Shown: positions 38,910 through 49,003 of the stretch, piece after piece
Position numbering within the stretch: position 1 is the stretch's first letter
Layout: the number at the start of each line of letters is the position of its first letter
NCBI GenBank assembly: GCA_027492205.1
Contig: JAOZFN010000017.1
Span: 64,001-128,000 of the forward strand
Reading direction: 5' to 3'
Origin: Thermoproteota archaeon
GTDB lineage: Archaea > Korarchaeota > Korarchaeia > Korarchaeales > Korarchaeaceae
DNA length: 64,000 bases
Notes under the pieces: generated by a model
Told to the model about the DNA's origin: nothing
Databases searched by the model: none
The model's input: only the letters and a program-made list of their open reading frames with translations
Program-made: the position numbers and the translations under genes

Positions 38910-39359
38910 AGATGTGGCCGAGACGCCCAATGCCTCTTCCCAGGGACGATCGACCTCGCGCTCGAAAGAGAGGAACTTAGCGGTCCTGAAGTCCCGCAGC
39001 GATCCGCCTTGGTTCGGCTCAGAGCGGCGCCGGCGCTGGCGCGGGAGGTCTGAGTCAGGGAGATCTGTCTGTGCGCGTCGACAAGGCGGCTGCTTGATTT
39101 TTGCGCCCGCGCCGCTCTGAGTCCCCCGAGGTATCCGCCGAATTCTGGGATCAAGATTGCCCGCTGTGCACGAAGGAGCCATGCGTGCTGCGAGGAGAGG
39201 TGCGGATACCGGTGCACCCAATGGTAGGGGGTCTGCGACTGCTTTGGAGACACAGACGGCGGGGAAACTCGCGTCTGCTGGAAGGGGTGTCAGAAGTACG
39301 AGTGGGCGTGCTGGCAAGACTGTAAAAGGGCGAACTTCTGCCAGAAGGTGTACCACTAA
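38910..39359 (+). pseudogene. Broken reading frame ending in a Cys/Trp-rich peptide
   Basis: One frame reads ...CCEERCGYRCTQW*GVCDCFGDTDGGETRVCWKGCQKYEWACWQDCKRANFCQKVYH* (TAG at 39225, TAA at 39357). Confidence 0.5.
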
Positions 39360-39699
39360 CCGGTCAGATGAGGGGATGCTCTCCTAGATTGGTGCCCGCC
39401 CGAGCGCTCACCGATTGGCGTGGCGAATCGGCGTGCCCCGCAGACGCAGGGAACATCCCAGGGGGTGGAGCTAGAAGTAGGAGATAACTCGGGAAGCCCG
39501 GAAGGGTCGTCGAGTCCCCTTTTGGCACAGAGCTATTCTCATCCGTCATAAGGGGTCCCCAAGGGGCCGAAGTTGGGGACTACCTTGACCATAGAGGAGA
39601 GCGTACGGGGGACCAAGACCGGCCGCTGCGGTCGCGCTCTTCCTATTTAATCAGGGCCCACAACTCCCCCCGAGGTGATCGAGGGTTCGGGTTAAGGTA

Positions 39700-41196
39700 A
39701 TGCCCGAGAGCTTTCCGGCAGGCCGTAGGATAATACTCCTCTCGGCTCAGGATGCCAGGGAGGCAGGCCTGAGGCCGTACGACAGGGTTAGAGTTAGCCT
39801 GGACAGCAGGAGCGCGACTGCCCTGCTCTCCGTGGTCGAGGGGATGATCCCCCCCGGAGAGGCCGTCCTATCGCTGGAACTCAGGGGGGCCCTCGAGGTT
39901 CAGTCTGGAGAAGAGGTCACTCTCAGCCTGGCTGGCAGGCCCAAATCCTTCGACGCCATACGGAAGAAGATGCGGGGGGAGGAGCTGACCCCCGAGGAGA
40001 TAAGGGCCATAGTGTTTGACGCGGCGAACTACGAGATAGGCGAGCTGGAGATAGCCGCCTTCCTGCTGGCTCAGGAGTTCAAGGGAATGAACATGAACGA
40101 GATAGTGGCCCTCACGAAGGCCATGGTGGAGGCGGGCTCCACGGTGGACTTCGGGAGGCCCGTCTACGAGAAGCACTCCATAGGCGGCGTGCCCGGGAAC
40201 AAGGTCAGCCTCCTGATAGTCCCGATAGCTGCGTCGCTGGGAGTATTCATCCCCAAAACCAGCAGCAGGGCGATAACCAGCCCGGCCGGCACCGCTGACA
40301 CGATGGAGGTCCTGGCCCCGGTGGAGTTCGATCTAGAGGAGTACAGGGAGGTGGCCCTCAAGGCGGGAGGGTGCATAGTCTGGGGTGGAAAGCTCGACCT
40401 GGCGCCGGTTGACGACATATTCATTAGGATAGAGCACCCCCTCGGCATAGACCCGAGGAGTCAGATGCTCGCCAGCATATTCTCCAAGAAGCTGGCCGTC
40501 GGCATACGGGGGCTCGTCATGGACATACCAACGGGGAAGGGGGCCAAGGTTGAGGATCTAAAGGATGCAGAGGCCCTCGCGAGCCAGTTCATCGAGCTGG
40601 GCAGGAGGTTTGACGTCAGGGTTCAGTGCGGCATAACCTACGGGGGGCAGCCCGTGGGCCACGCCGTAGGCCCCGCGCTGGAGGCCAGGGAGGCCCTCGA
40701 GGCCCTCATGGGCGGGGGGCCGGCCAGCCTGATAGAGAAGTCGACGAGCCTGGCCGGCCTGCTGCTGGAGCTCTCTGGCGTGACTACCAAGGGGGCCGGC
40801 CAGGATGCCGCGAAGGAGGCCCTAAGGACGGGAAGGGCGCTTGAGAAGATAAGGGAGATAATCGAGGCCCAGGGCGGGGATCCCAAGGTCAAGCCCGGGG
40901 ACATCCCCGTCGGGGAGTACAGGGTAGAGCTTAGAGCGCCAGCCGACGGCTACGTTACCAACGTGGACAACGCGTCGATCGCGACGATAGCCAGGCTCGC
41001 CGGAGCCCCAAGCGAAAAGGGCGCCGGCGTGCTCCTCCACGCCAAGCAGGGGTACAAGGTGAAGAAGGGGGATGTCCTCCTCGAGATCTTCGCCGAGAGG
41101 GAGTCTAAGCTCACAGAAGCCTATGAGGCTGCCATGAGGTTGAGGCCAGTAACCGTCGAGGGCATGCTCCTCCGGAGGGTCCCGGAGTACCTGTGA
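39700..41196 (+). CDS. AMP phosphorylase (archaeal thymidine phosphorylase family)
   Basis: KHSIGGVPGNK, KTSSRAITSPAGTAD, DIPTG.GAK, GPALEAREAL. Confidence 0.94.
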   Translation: MPESFPAGRRIILLSAQDAREAGLRPYDRVRVSLDSRSATALLSVVEGMIPPGEAVLSLELRGALEVQSGEEVTLSLAGRPKSFDAIRKKMRGEELTPEEIRAIVFDAANYEIGELEIAAFLLAQEFKGMNMNEIVALTKAMVEAGSTVDFGRPVYEKHSIGGVPGNKVSLLIVPIAASLGVFIPKTSSRAITSPAGTADTMEVLAPVEFDLEEYREVALKAGGCIVWGGKLDLAPVDDIFIRIEHPLGIDPRSQMLASIFSKKLAVGIRGLVMDIPTGKGAKVEDLKDAEALASQFIELGRRFDVRVQCGITYGGQPVGHAVGPALEAREALEALMGGGPASLIEKSTSLAGLLLELSGVTTKGAGQDAAKEALRTGRALEKIREIIEAQGGDPKVKPGDIPVGEYRVELRAPADGYVTNVDNASIATIARLAGAPSEKGAGVLLHAKQGYKVKKGDVLLEIFAERESKLTEAYEAAMRLRPVTVEGMLLRRVPEYL

Positions 41197-41533
41197 TTTA
41201 CCGCGCGCGAGACTTGGAGAGGGCCTCTAGGCCGCGTCGAGTACGCCAGCACGGGCGGGCGCTACTACGCGGCCAGGCTGGCGGTGACGGGGGCCCTAGA
41301 GAGAGGGCAAGCGAGGGTTCTCGTCCTCGGGGAGATCCACCGCGATCAGCTCACGCCCCTGAGGAGTCTGGCTTGTGAGGGAGGGCGTGAGGTCCACCCT
41401 GCGCGAGAGGCCCGCGAGGTTCTACGGCCTCGAGGAGGCAGGTCGACACCTCGACCTCCCGCTCCGCTTCTGGGTCAGGGTCTCCGAGACCCTCAGGGGA
41501 TGTAGGCAGGAGACCCTATCCAAGTACCTGTGA
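41197..41533 (+). pseudogene. 3' fragment of an Nre (DUF650/DUF651) DNA-repair gene, frameshifted
   Basis: GRVEYASTGGRYYAARLAV...VLVLGEIH / VREGVRSTL...PLRFWVRVSETLRGCRQETLSKYL* with a C-terminal PIP-box-like motif. Confidence 0.75.
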
Positions 41534-41540
41534 GCCCGGC

Positions 41541-42470
41541 CTACTGGCCCAGCTGCCTCGCTATGTCCTCCAGAGCCCTGAGCCTGTCCACGATGTTGGG
41601 GTGTGTGGAGAATATCCCGAGGATCCTCTCCGACACCGTAGGCTCCTTCTCCATCAGCGCCCTCTTTAGCTCAGCCGGATCCACTGGTGGGAGCATCGGG
41701 TCGGATATGAAGAGCGGGCGTGCCTGGGCAACCCGGATCCCCAAGCTGGGATTAGAGCGGGCCGCTATCTTCACCAGCGCGTGTTGGAGCCTCCTGGCGC
41801 CCCCGGGAATCACCGTCGCGGCGTGTGCGTCGGCGTAGTACTCCCTAAGCCTGCTCAGCCTGAGCGACACGAGCCAGAGCACGGTGGCCAGGGCGATCGC
41901 CAGGCCTCCGGCGAGGACCAGCTGCCCCCTGTCGTCCCTGTCCCCCAGGTAGGAGGAGTAGTAGAGCGACCTGCCGATGTGGTAGAAGATCGCTGGCAGG
42001 GTCGAGGCGAGCATCATCACCTGCATGTCGCCGTGGGCGACGTGCCCGACCTCGTGAGCAAGGACGGCCTCGACCTCCTCGGGGGAGAGGGTCGAGAGGA
42101 GCCCCTCCGTCACGGCCACCCTGTAGCCGGAGATGGGTGTCCCGTAGGCGAACGCGTTCGGCACGTTGAGCGGAACCAGGACGAGCTTCGGCTTCCTGAC
42201 TCCGCTCTCCGCCGAGATCCTCTCCAGCGCCTCGTGGAGCCACGGGACCTCCGAGGGCTTGAGCTCCCTGGCCCTGTACATGAGCTCGATCAGCGACGGC
42301 GAGGCGAGCCACATGAGGAAGTTGAACGCGACGGCCAAGACGACGGCGGCGAGGGGGTTGACGAACCTCGTGAGCGCCGCGAAGGCCAGCGTCGCCAGCC
42401 CTATCAGCAGAGCAAGCGTCCCGAACATCTCGAAGTGGAGCCTGCCCAAGTTCGCTATTCTAGTGGACAT
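41541..42470 (-). CDS. htpX: HtpX-like M48 zinc protease
   Basis: PNAFAYG, HEVGH, SRLREYYAD, STHP. Confidence 0.93.
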   Translation of the reverse strand: MSTRIANLGRLHFEMFGTLALLIGLATLAFAALTRFVNPLAAVVLAVAFNFLMWLASPSLIELMYRARELKPSEVPWLHEALERISAESGVRKPKLVLVPLNVPNAFAYGTPISGYRVAVTEGLLSTLSPEEVEAVLAHEVGHVAHGDMQVMMLASTLPAIFYHIGRSLYYSSYLGDRDDRGQLVLAGGLAIALATVLWLVSLRLSRLREYYADAHAATVIPGGARRLQHALVKIAARSNPSLGIRVAQARPLFISDPMLPPVDPAELKRALMEKEPTVSERILGIFSTHPNIVDRLRALEDIARQLGQ

Positions 42471-42513
42471 ACTCGGGGTTGAGGGGTGGGAGGGGGTAAA
42501 AAAGTTGGGGGGC

Positions 42514-43960
42514 TCACGGGAGCTCGCCCACTATTGGGAGGCTCCCTATCTGGTAGACCAGCTTGCCCCCCATCCTCACCTCCAGCTTGACCGCGGACCT
42601 GAGGGGTCCCTGGAACGTGAGGGTCACCACCGCCACCCGAGACGGGGGGAACGTTAACCTCTAGGGTGGTGCTGTTCAGGTACCTCCCGCCCATGATCGG
42701 GACGCCGGCGGTTATCGTCAGGTTCGCCCAGTCCTGCCCGAAGTTGGCCACGGTCACCACCACCGTCGCCACCTTGGCGGATGACTGCCAGATCACCCCC
42801 ACCCTGTTCCTGACGACGACGGGCATGGGGATGCTCTCAAGCTCGGGGAAGAGAAAGATCGGGTGCTCGTAGTCGAGGTACTCCGGCAGGAGGGGCTCCC
42901 CAAGCAGAAGGCCCGGCTGGGTGGCGTCTATGTAGTAGTACGTCGTCCCGTTCACGTCCCACCTGAGCCCCCTGCCCTCCTCAAGCGCGACGGCTACGCC
43001 CATGTGTCCCGCGGGGAATCCCGGCTTTCCCCAGACGATGACGAGGGCGACGTCGTACCCCATCTCCATGTACAGCGTCGCCAGGAGGATGGCGTGATCC
43101 TCGCAGTCGCCCCCGTAGTCCATCAGAGTCTCTATGGGGAACCTGGGGTACTCGCCCGACGCCATTATCACGTCCTTCTCCAGGTTGTAGGGTATGTGCT
43201 GGACGAAGGCTGCGAGGAATTCGAGGGTCTGAATCCCATTGTATCCATGGGACCTCGCCATGGAGAGGAGCTTGTTCAGGAGGCTCCTTATGTAGGGCCG
43301 GGAGAGGGGATCAGACGCCAGGACGGCCCAGTCCTCGTAGGGTATCTGATGCTCTGAGGAGACGTAGTACAGGTAGAGGTCCTTTGGGACGGTGAGTCCC
43401 ATGGAGAACTCCTGGCCTGCGTACGTCCACCTGAACTCCCTGCTGGCCACCTCGGCTGTCTTGTAGCCGAAGGGAGAGACCTCCGATATCCTGCTCGGGT
43501 AGAGTATCCAGTCCTGGTACCCTCCCTGTTCGAAGAGCATGACTGCCTGGTAGGTCTCGACCCTCGTGTGGCCCGCCAGGACCACGTAGTGCCTTCCGTC
43601 CACGTTCCTGATGAAGAAGTTGAGGTAGCCGGGCCTCTTCACGAGCAGTTCGCTCTCCAGGTCGGTCAGAATCCGGGACGATATCTCGCCGACTCCCTCG
43701 TAGGCCTCCGGACCCCCGAGGACGAATATCGCGGTCGCCAGATCCTCCACCTGATCCAGCCCTGAGGCAGAGACGACGACCACCTCTGCGCCCCTGCCGG
43801 AGAGGAACTGGGATAGGGCCTCGGCCGCCCTCGCGTCTGCCTCGTTGGAGACGATCACGGCCAGGGGGCCGGGTGTTCCGGCCCCCATGTGCGCCGTTGG
43901 CAGGAGGAACAGGAGGGTCAGCGCGAGGACCATCCCCATTCTCACAGGCGCGCGGCTCAT
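42514..43960 (-). CDS. Secreted transglutaminase-like surface protein; frameshift in G6 at 42644-42649
   Basis: Signal peptide, LGGPEAY..VG domain, GGDCEDHAIL, GHMGV, YIDAT; removing one base gives a sensible C-terminus ...IGSLPIVGELP*. Confidence 0.8.
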
Positions 43961-44058
43961 CAGGCTGATACGGGGGTGGGCCGCATTAACGATCGCTCGG
44001 CCCGTGCCCGGGGTCGGTAACCTTCTTTTCTGAGCAACCCGGGAGGCGGGGGTATTCC

Positions 44059-44802
44059 ATGTGCAGGATGATCGCCGCCATCTCGCCTTCGGCGATGCCC
44101 GTCTACGCGCCGCTCGAACTCGTCGATGCGCTCGGCCGCCTCGCGCTGCGCGGGAAGAGCAGTGACGGCCTGGGGCACCCCCACGGGTGGGGAATCCTCG
44201 GGCTCAGGAGGGGTCACGTGGTGGAGTACCACAGGTCTACCGAGCCGGCGTGGAGGGCGAGCCTCGACGAAGCCTTCAGGGCAGACCTCCTGATACTGCA
44301 CGCCCGAAAGGCGTCCAAGGGAGAGGTCAGGCTGGAGAACACCCATCCGCTGGTCAGACTCGTTGGCGGGAGGCTCTGGGGGCTGGCCCACAACGGAACC
44401 ATTCACGGGTGGGAGGGCCTGCTGGAGGAGGGTGAGAGGGGGGAGATGCTGGGAAGCACCGACACGGAGGCCCTCCTAATTCACCTGTCGAAGGCCGGAG
44501 ACCTTCAATCGGTGATGGAGAGACTCTCGGAGCTGAAGGACGACGTCGATCGCCTCGGAGTCGAATCGATCACGTGTCTGCTCACGGACGGGTCGTCCCT
44601 GCTTGCCTGCCGCGGGGCCTCGAAGAGGCAAGACTACTACACCCTCAGCTGGACCAGGAGGGAGTGGGAGGGCATCGAGTCTCTGGTGTTCTCATCCGAG
44701 CCCCTTGAGGGCTGGGGAGCCTGGACTCCCCTGAGGAATTGGTCCGGGCTGCTCGTCAGGCGCGTTGCAGGTGGATTGGAGGTCGACGATGTGGACCTCT
44801 GA
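44059..44802 (+). CDS. Class II glutamine amidotransferase (YafJ/EgtC-like)
   Basis: N-terminal MCRM, H.HGWG, HARKAS, NTHP, AHNG, TDTE, SSEPL. Confidence 0.9.
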   Translation: MCRMIAAISPSAMPVYAPLELVDALGRLALRGKSSDGLGHPHGWGILGLRRGHVVEYHRSTEPAWRASLDEAFRADLLILHARKASKGEVRLENTHPLVRLVGGRLWGLAHNGTIHGWEGLLEEGERGEMLGSTDTEALLIHLSKAGDLQSVMERLSELKDDVDRLGVESITCLLTDGSSLLACRGASKRQDYYTLSWTRREWEGIESLVFSSEPLEGWGAWTPLRNWSGLLVRRVAGGLEVDDVDL

Positions 44803-44851
44803 CCCGACCCCGAGGGGCGCCGCGGGTCGGAGGGAGGGCGCTCTGGCCCGG

Positions 44852-45286
44852 TCACTCTCCGAGAACGGTGACCTTGACGCGCCGCTTCCGGGGACCGTCC
44901 AGCTCCACGAGGAGGACGGCCTGCCAGGTCCCGAGGTCGAGGTCCCCCGAGCTGACCGGGAGGGTGATCCCCGGCCGTATCATAGAGGACAGGATGTGGG
45001 CGTGCGCGTTCTGCTCCCCAGGCAGGCGGGAGTACTTGGCGTTGTGCCTGTAGTCGCCCTCCACGGGTACGAGCCTGGCGAGGGTCTCCAGGATGTCCTC
45101 CCACAGGTCCGGGTCGGGCTCGTTGACCGTCAGCGCGGCGGTGGTGTGCGGGACCCAGGCGCTCGCGAGCCCCTCGGAGATCCCGCTCTCCCTCACGAGC
45201 CGGCGGACTTCCCGGGTCACGTCGATGACCTCAAGCCTTCGGGAGGATCTCACGCTGACCTCTCCCCTCCAGAGCCTCAAGCTCAA
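44852..45286 (-). CDS. yjbQ: YjbQ (UPF0047) family protein
   Basis: PHTTAALTVNE, NAHAHI, LGTWQ..ELDGPR. Confidence 0.93.
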   Translation of the reverse strand: MSLRLWRGEVSVRSSRRLEVIDVTREVRRLVRESGISEGLASAWVPHTTAALTVNEPDPDLWEDILETLARLVPVEGDYRHNAKYSRLPGEQNAHAHILSSMIRPGITLPVSSGDLDLGTWQAVLLVELDGPRKRRVKVTVLGE

Positions 45287-45331
45287 CCCCAGGCGCGCGC
45301 CGGTCAGCCATTTTAACGACCGCGGGGGGAC

Positions 45332-46117
45332 ATGGTGAGGCGAGGTCGCTTGACCCGCATCGTCGACGTGGTGGGGGGGCTCCCGAGAACCGAGAGGATC
45401 TACCTCAGGGACTCCTACGCGAGAGAGTGCAGGTCAGAGGTGCTCAGGGTGGTCAGGGACCGGGGCGCAAAGAGGTATCTGGTGCTGGACAAGACCGTCT
45501 TCCACCCCCTGGAGGGGGGTCAGCCCAGCGACGGGGGTGAGATAGTCGGGGAGAGGTTCAGTCTCACGATGAAGAAGGCCCTGTCGTCCGGGGGCGTCGT
45601 GGCGCACTACGGCACCATAAGCGGCGAGGACCCACAGCCGGGAGACGCCGTCACCTGCCGACTGGACTGGGAGAGGCGCTACCTCATAATGAGGCTCCAC
45701 ACCGCCGGCCACATCCTAGACGCGGCCGTGAGCGAGGTCTTCGGAAGTCCGGTGAACACCCTCGGCGCTAACCACGGCCCACCGGAGGCCCACGTAGACT
45801 ACGCCGCGAGGCTCCCCTCGGAGGACGAGCTGGGCCGCATAGAGAGGATCGCGAGCGAGATCGTGTCCGACGACCTGGAGGTGAGGGTCAGGTTCGTCGT
45901 CCCGGAGGAGCTGGAGTCTTCCGCCTACAACGCCCCAAACCTCGACAGGCTCCCGGAGGCCCCAGTTTACAGGCTGGTAGAGATCCCCGGGAGGAACTCC
46001 ATCCCGTGCACGGGGACGCACGTCGCCAGGACCGGCGAGGTCGGGGGAGTCAGGGTGCTCGGGGCCGCGCCCCTGCGGGGTGGGTTCAGGCTCTCTTACT
46101 GGGTTACCCGGCCCTAG
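45332..46117 (+). CDS. alaX: AlaX alanyl-tRNA editing protein
   Basis: T.FHP.GGQPSD, MRLHTAGH, PCTGTHV. Confidence 0.9.
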   Translation: MVRRGRLTRIVDVVGGLPRTERIYLRDSYARECRSEVLRVVRDRGAKRYLVLDKTVFHPLEGGQPSDGGEIVGERFSLTMKKALSSGGVVAHYGTISGEDPQPGDAVTCRLDWERRYLIMRLHTAGHILDAAVSEVFGSPVNTLGANHGPPEAHVDYAARLPSEDELGRIERIASEIVSDDLEVRVRFVVPEELESSAYNAPNLDRLPEAPVYRLVEIPGRNSIPCTGTHVARTGEVGGVRVLGAAPLRGGFRLSYWVTRP

Positions 46118-46153
46118 CTGCAGGCCCTTCGACGGACCTCAAGCCGCCAACGA

Positions 46154-46813
46154 TTGCCTGAAGGTCCTCCGCCTACGGACTGTCGCGCCTTAAAGAGAGG
46201 GCGGGCCGGGCATCAGGCTTTGCCCGGCCGAGGAGTCGTTGAGGTCGTATCGGTGGCGCTGTCTCCCGCCACCATGGGCGTCGTCGCGGCGGTCGCCCTC
46301 GCCAGCGGGGGCTGGTCCGAGCTGGCGGTGGCCCCCGCGCTCGGGTTCCTGATGGGCGTGGCCTTCCTAAGCATCCTCCCAATGGCCCCAATCGCGGTCG
46401 AAGACGGCGTTTACGGCCTGATGAGTCAGAGGCTCGAGAGCGAGGAGAAGAGGATCGCGGTTCTAACGTGGTCAGCCCCAGTCTACGCCGGGGGATCCGT
46501 CGCGTTCGTTGCGGTGGGTTGGGACAGCATGGCGTACCTCGCGGCGTGCTACGCCGTAGCCTCCGCCCTGCTGGCGGCGATCACGCTGAGGCTCAGGGTC
46601 AGCCTCCACGCCGCCGGAGTCTCGCTCCCCGCCGTCGCCCTCGCCCTGATGAGGGGCCTCCCCTGGTCCGCGCTCCTTCTCCTCCTCCCGGCAGTCGCCT
46701 GGGCAAGGATCAGGGCGGGCGTCCACACGCCCCGTCAGGTGGCGGTAGGCGCCGTGGCCGGGGGACTCGTCCCGCTGGCCCTGTGGCTCCTCCTACTCAG
46801 ACCTCACCCTTGA
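46154..46813 (+). CDS. PAP2-like membrane protein
   Basis: RVSLHAAG, WARI..GVHTP.QV..G; start uncertain. Confidence 0.7.
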   Translation: MPEGPPPTDCRALKRGRAGHQALPGRGVVEVVSVALSPATMGVVAAVALASGGWSELAVAPALGFLMGVAFLSILPMAPIAVEDGVYGLMSQRLESEEKRIAVLTWSAPVYAGGSVAFVAVGWDSMAYLAACYAVASALLAAITLRLRVSLHAAGVSLPAVALALMRGLPWSALLLLLPAVAWARIRAGVHTPRQVAVGAVAGGLVPLALWLLLLRPHP

Positions 46814-47884
46814 GACGTAGGCGCAGGCGAGCAGCACGCCTAGAACGAGCGGGTCAAGTCCCGTCTCAACCGCCACCGTGAGGTACGCCAGCGCGAGCGC
46901 GCCGGACGATCCCTCCCCCGAGTCCCTTAGGGCTACCCCTACGGCCAGGGCCTCCAGCGGAGCCAAGAGGCCGAAGTCTCCCACGGGTTGGCCCATGATG
47001 AAGTAGGTGTACCTGGTGGCCCCCCTGCCGAACAGCCTCGCCACCTCCCTTCGGGGGTCTGTGGAGACCAGCAGGCTCCCGTGGAACAGACCCCAGGGGA
47101 GGCTGTTCAGGGCGATAGTCTCGTACACCCAGTAGGTGAAGGAGGCCCTGCTTACCACGCCGAGGGGGTCCGGCTTCCCCGCTATCCCCCTCATCGCGCC
47201 CAATGCCGCGCCCCCAACCGCCACCACGGCCGCAAACGTGAGGAGCCTCCTCCAGCTGCCTGAACTCCCGCGCGGGGCCGCCCAAGCCAGGGCAGGGAGG
47301 ATCGCGTACGATCGGAACCCCGTAAGGAGCCCCAAGGCTGAGGAAGTTGCCGCCAGCGGGGCGCTACCGGATAGGACGGTGGCAGAGGTAAGGAGGAGCG
47401 TGGCCAGTCCAAACACCCGAGAAACGTCTCCCGCTCGACTAGCGCCCTCTTGTATTAGTGGAAGCCCAAAGGCGACGGCCCCCGCCGAGTAGACAACTAA
47501 TCCGGCAGCCAAGGCCAAGAGGGCGTTTGAGGGAGATCGGGTCCTGGCCGACCTGATCCTCTCCTCCAGAGGTCTTCTGACGGCCGCGAAGGCCAAGGTC
47601 AGGAGGGTCACGAGCGCAAGGCCCGCGGGGGATCTGCCAAGCGTCCCCAGGGCCAGGAGCGAGATCGCCGCGGCGTAGGTCCAGCCGGGAGGTGAGGGCA
47701 CCAGCGCGTAGCCGGCGGCCAGCGCGGCCCACCCCGCCAGAGCCAGCAGGAGGGGGAGGGGCTCCAGCGGACGCCCTGTGAGGGCAGCCCCGAGGGAGGC
47801 CAGGGCTAGGTATCCGAAGAAGAGGAGGGAGAGGAGGGTCAGGGAGTTGGGGCGTATCGATTCCCCCCTCCCCCTCCCGAGCAT
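46793..47884 (-). CDS. Polytopic membrane protein (archaeal oligosaccharide-repeat polymerase / DUF70-like)
   Basis: Many TM segments; GFRS, RASFT..V, YTYFIMGQPVGDFG, VETGLD. Confidence 0.6.
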   Translation of the reverse strand: MLGRGRGESIRPNSLTLLSLLFFGYLALASLGAALTGRPLEPLPLLLALAGWAALAAGYALVPSPPGWTYAAAISLLALGTLGRSPAGLALVTLLTLAFAAVRRPLEERIRSARTRSPSNALLALAAGLVVYSAGAVAFGLPLIQEGASRAGDVSRVFGLATLLLTSATVLSGSAPLAATSSALGLLTGFRSYAILPALAWAAPRGSSGSWRRLLTFAAVVAVGGAALGAMRGIAGKPDPLGVVSRASFTYWVYETIALNSLPWGLFHGSLLVSTDPRREVARLFGRGATRYTYFIMGQPVGDFGLLAPLEALAVGVALRDSGEGSSGALALAYLTVAVETGLDPLVLGVLLACAYVSRVRSE

Positions 47885-47922
47885 CCGCCCACCTCTCCCG
47901 CCCCTGGCGCCGCGGGCCCGGC

Positions 47923-48993
47923 CTACAGCCTTATGGCCAGGGTCAGCTCGGGGGACGCGTAGACCTTGATCGGCTTCCCGACGGGCACCTCCTCGTCCGG
48001 GTCGACCTCTATGACGAAGGGCGCGTCCCCGGCCCTGGCCTGGACCCTCAGGGAGTTCCCCAGGAAGGACACGTGGTAGACCTCCACCTCGAACTCGTTC
48101 GAGTCCCATGTCTCCGGGGCCAGCTCGAACGACTCGGGCCTTACCATGACCAAGACCCTGTCACCCACATCTGGATTGGCCTCGGGGTGCGATGGAACTG
48201 CCAGAACCTCCTTCTCGATGGCCTCCAGCCTCACCCTCAGCCTCTCACCATCCTTCGCGACGACCTCCCCGTAGAGGAACGTGCCCTGCCCGATGAACCT
48301 CGCCACGAACTCGTTCTTCGGGTGCTTGTAGATCTCCTGCGGGGTACCGATCTGCATGACCCTGCCCTGGTTCATGACCGCGATCCTGTCGGAGATGCTC
48401 ATGGCCTCCTCCTGGTCGTGGGTGACGTAGAGCGTCGTTATCCCGAGCTCCCTCTGGAGCCTCTTCAGCTCGGCCCTCATCTCTATCCTGAGCTTGGCGT
48501 CGAGGTTGCTGAGGGGCTCGTCGAACAGCAGCACCTTCGGGTTGATGACTATGGCCCTCGCCAGCGCGACCCTCTGCTGCTGCCCGCCTGAGAGCTGGTG
48601 TGGCGTCCTGTTCTCCATCCCCTCGAGCTTGACGAGCTTGAGGACCTCCATCACCCTCCTCCTGATCTCCTCCTTCTTGTACCCCCTGATCTTGAGTCCG
48701 TAGGCGATGTTGTCGAAGACGTTCATGTGGGGCCACAGTGCGTAGTTCTGGAACACCATCCCCGTGTCCCTCTTGTGGGGCGGGACCTCGGTGACCTCCT
48801 GATCGTCGAAGTAGACCTTCCCCTCGTCCGGGAGCTCAAGCCCGGCTATGCAGCGGAGGAAGGTGGTCTTGCCGCATCCGCTGGGGCCCAGCAGCGTGAA
48901 GAACTCGCCGTGCTGGATCTCGAGGCTGACGTGGTCGACCGCCACGACCTCCCCGAAGCGCTTCGTAAGATCGACGGTCCGTATCTTTACCAT
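47923..48993 (-). CDS. ABC ATPase (FbpC/AfuC/PotA-type)
   Basis: GPSGCGKT, LSGGQQQR, DEPLSNLD, TOBE tail. Confidence 0.95.
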   Translation of the reverse strand: MVKIRTVDLTKRFGEVVAVDHVSLEIQHGEFFTLLGPSGCGKTTFLRCIAGLELPDEGKVYFDDQEVTEVPPHKRDTGMVFQNYALWPHMNVFDNIAYGLKIRGYKKEEIRRRVMEVLKLVKLEGMENRTPHQLSGGQQQRVALARAIVINPKVLLFDEPLSNLDAKLRIEMRAELKRLQRELGITTLYVTHDQEEAMSISDRIAVMNQGRVMQIGTPQEIYKHPKNEFVARFIGQGTFLYGEVVAKDGERLRVRLEAIEKEVLAVPSHPEANPDVGDRVLVMVRPESFELAPETWDSNEFEVEVYHVSFLGNSLRVQARAGDAPFVIEVDPDEEVPVGKPIKVYASPELTLAIRL

Positions 48994-49003
48994 GCGATCA
49001 CCC

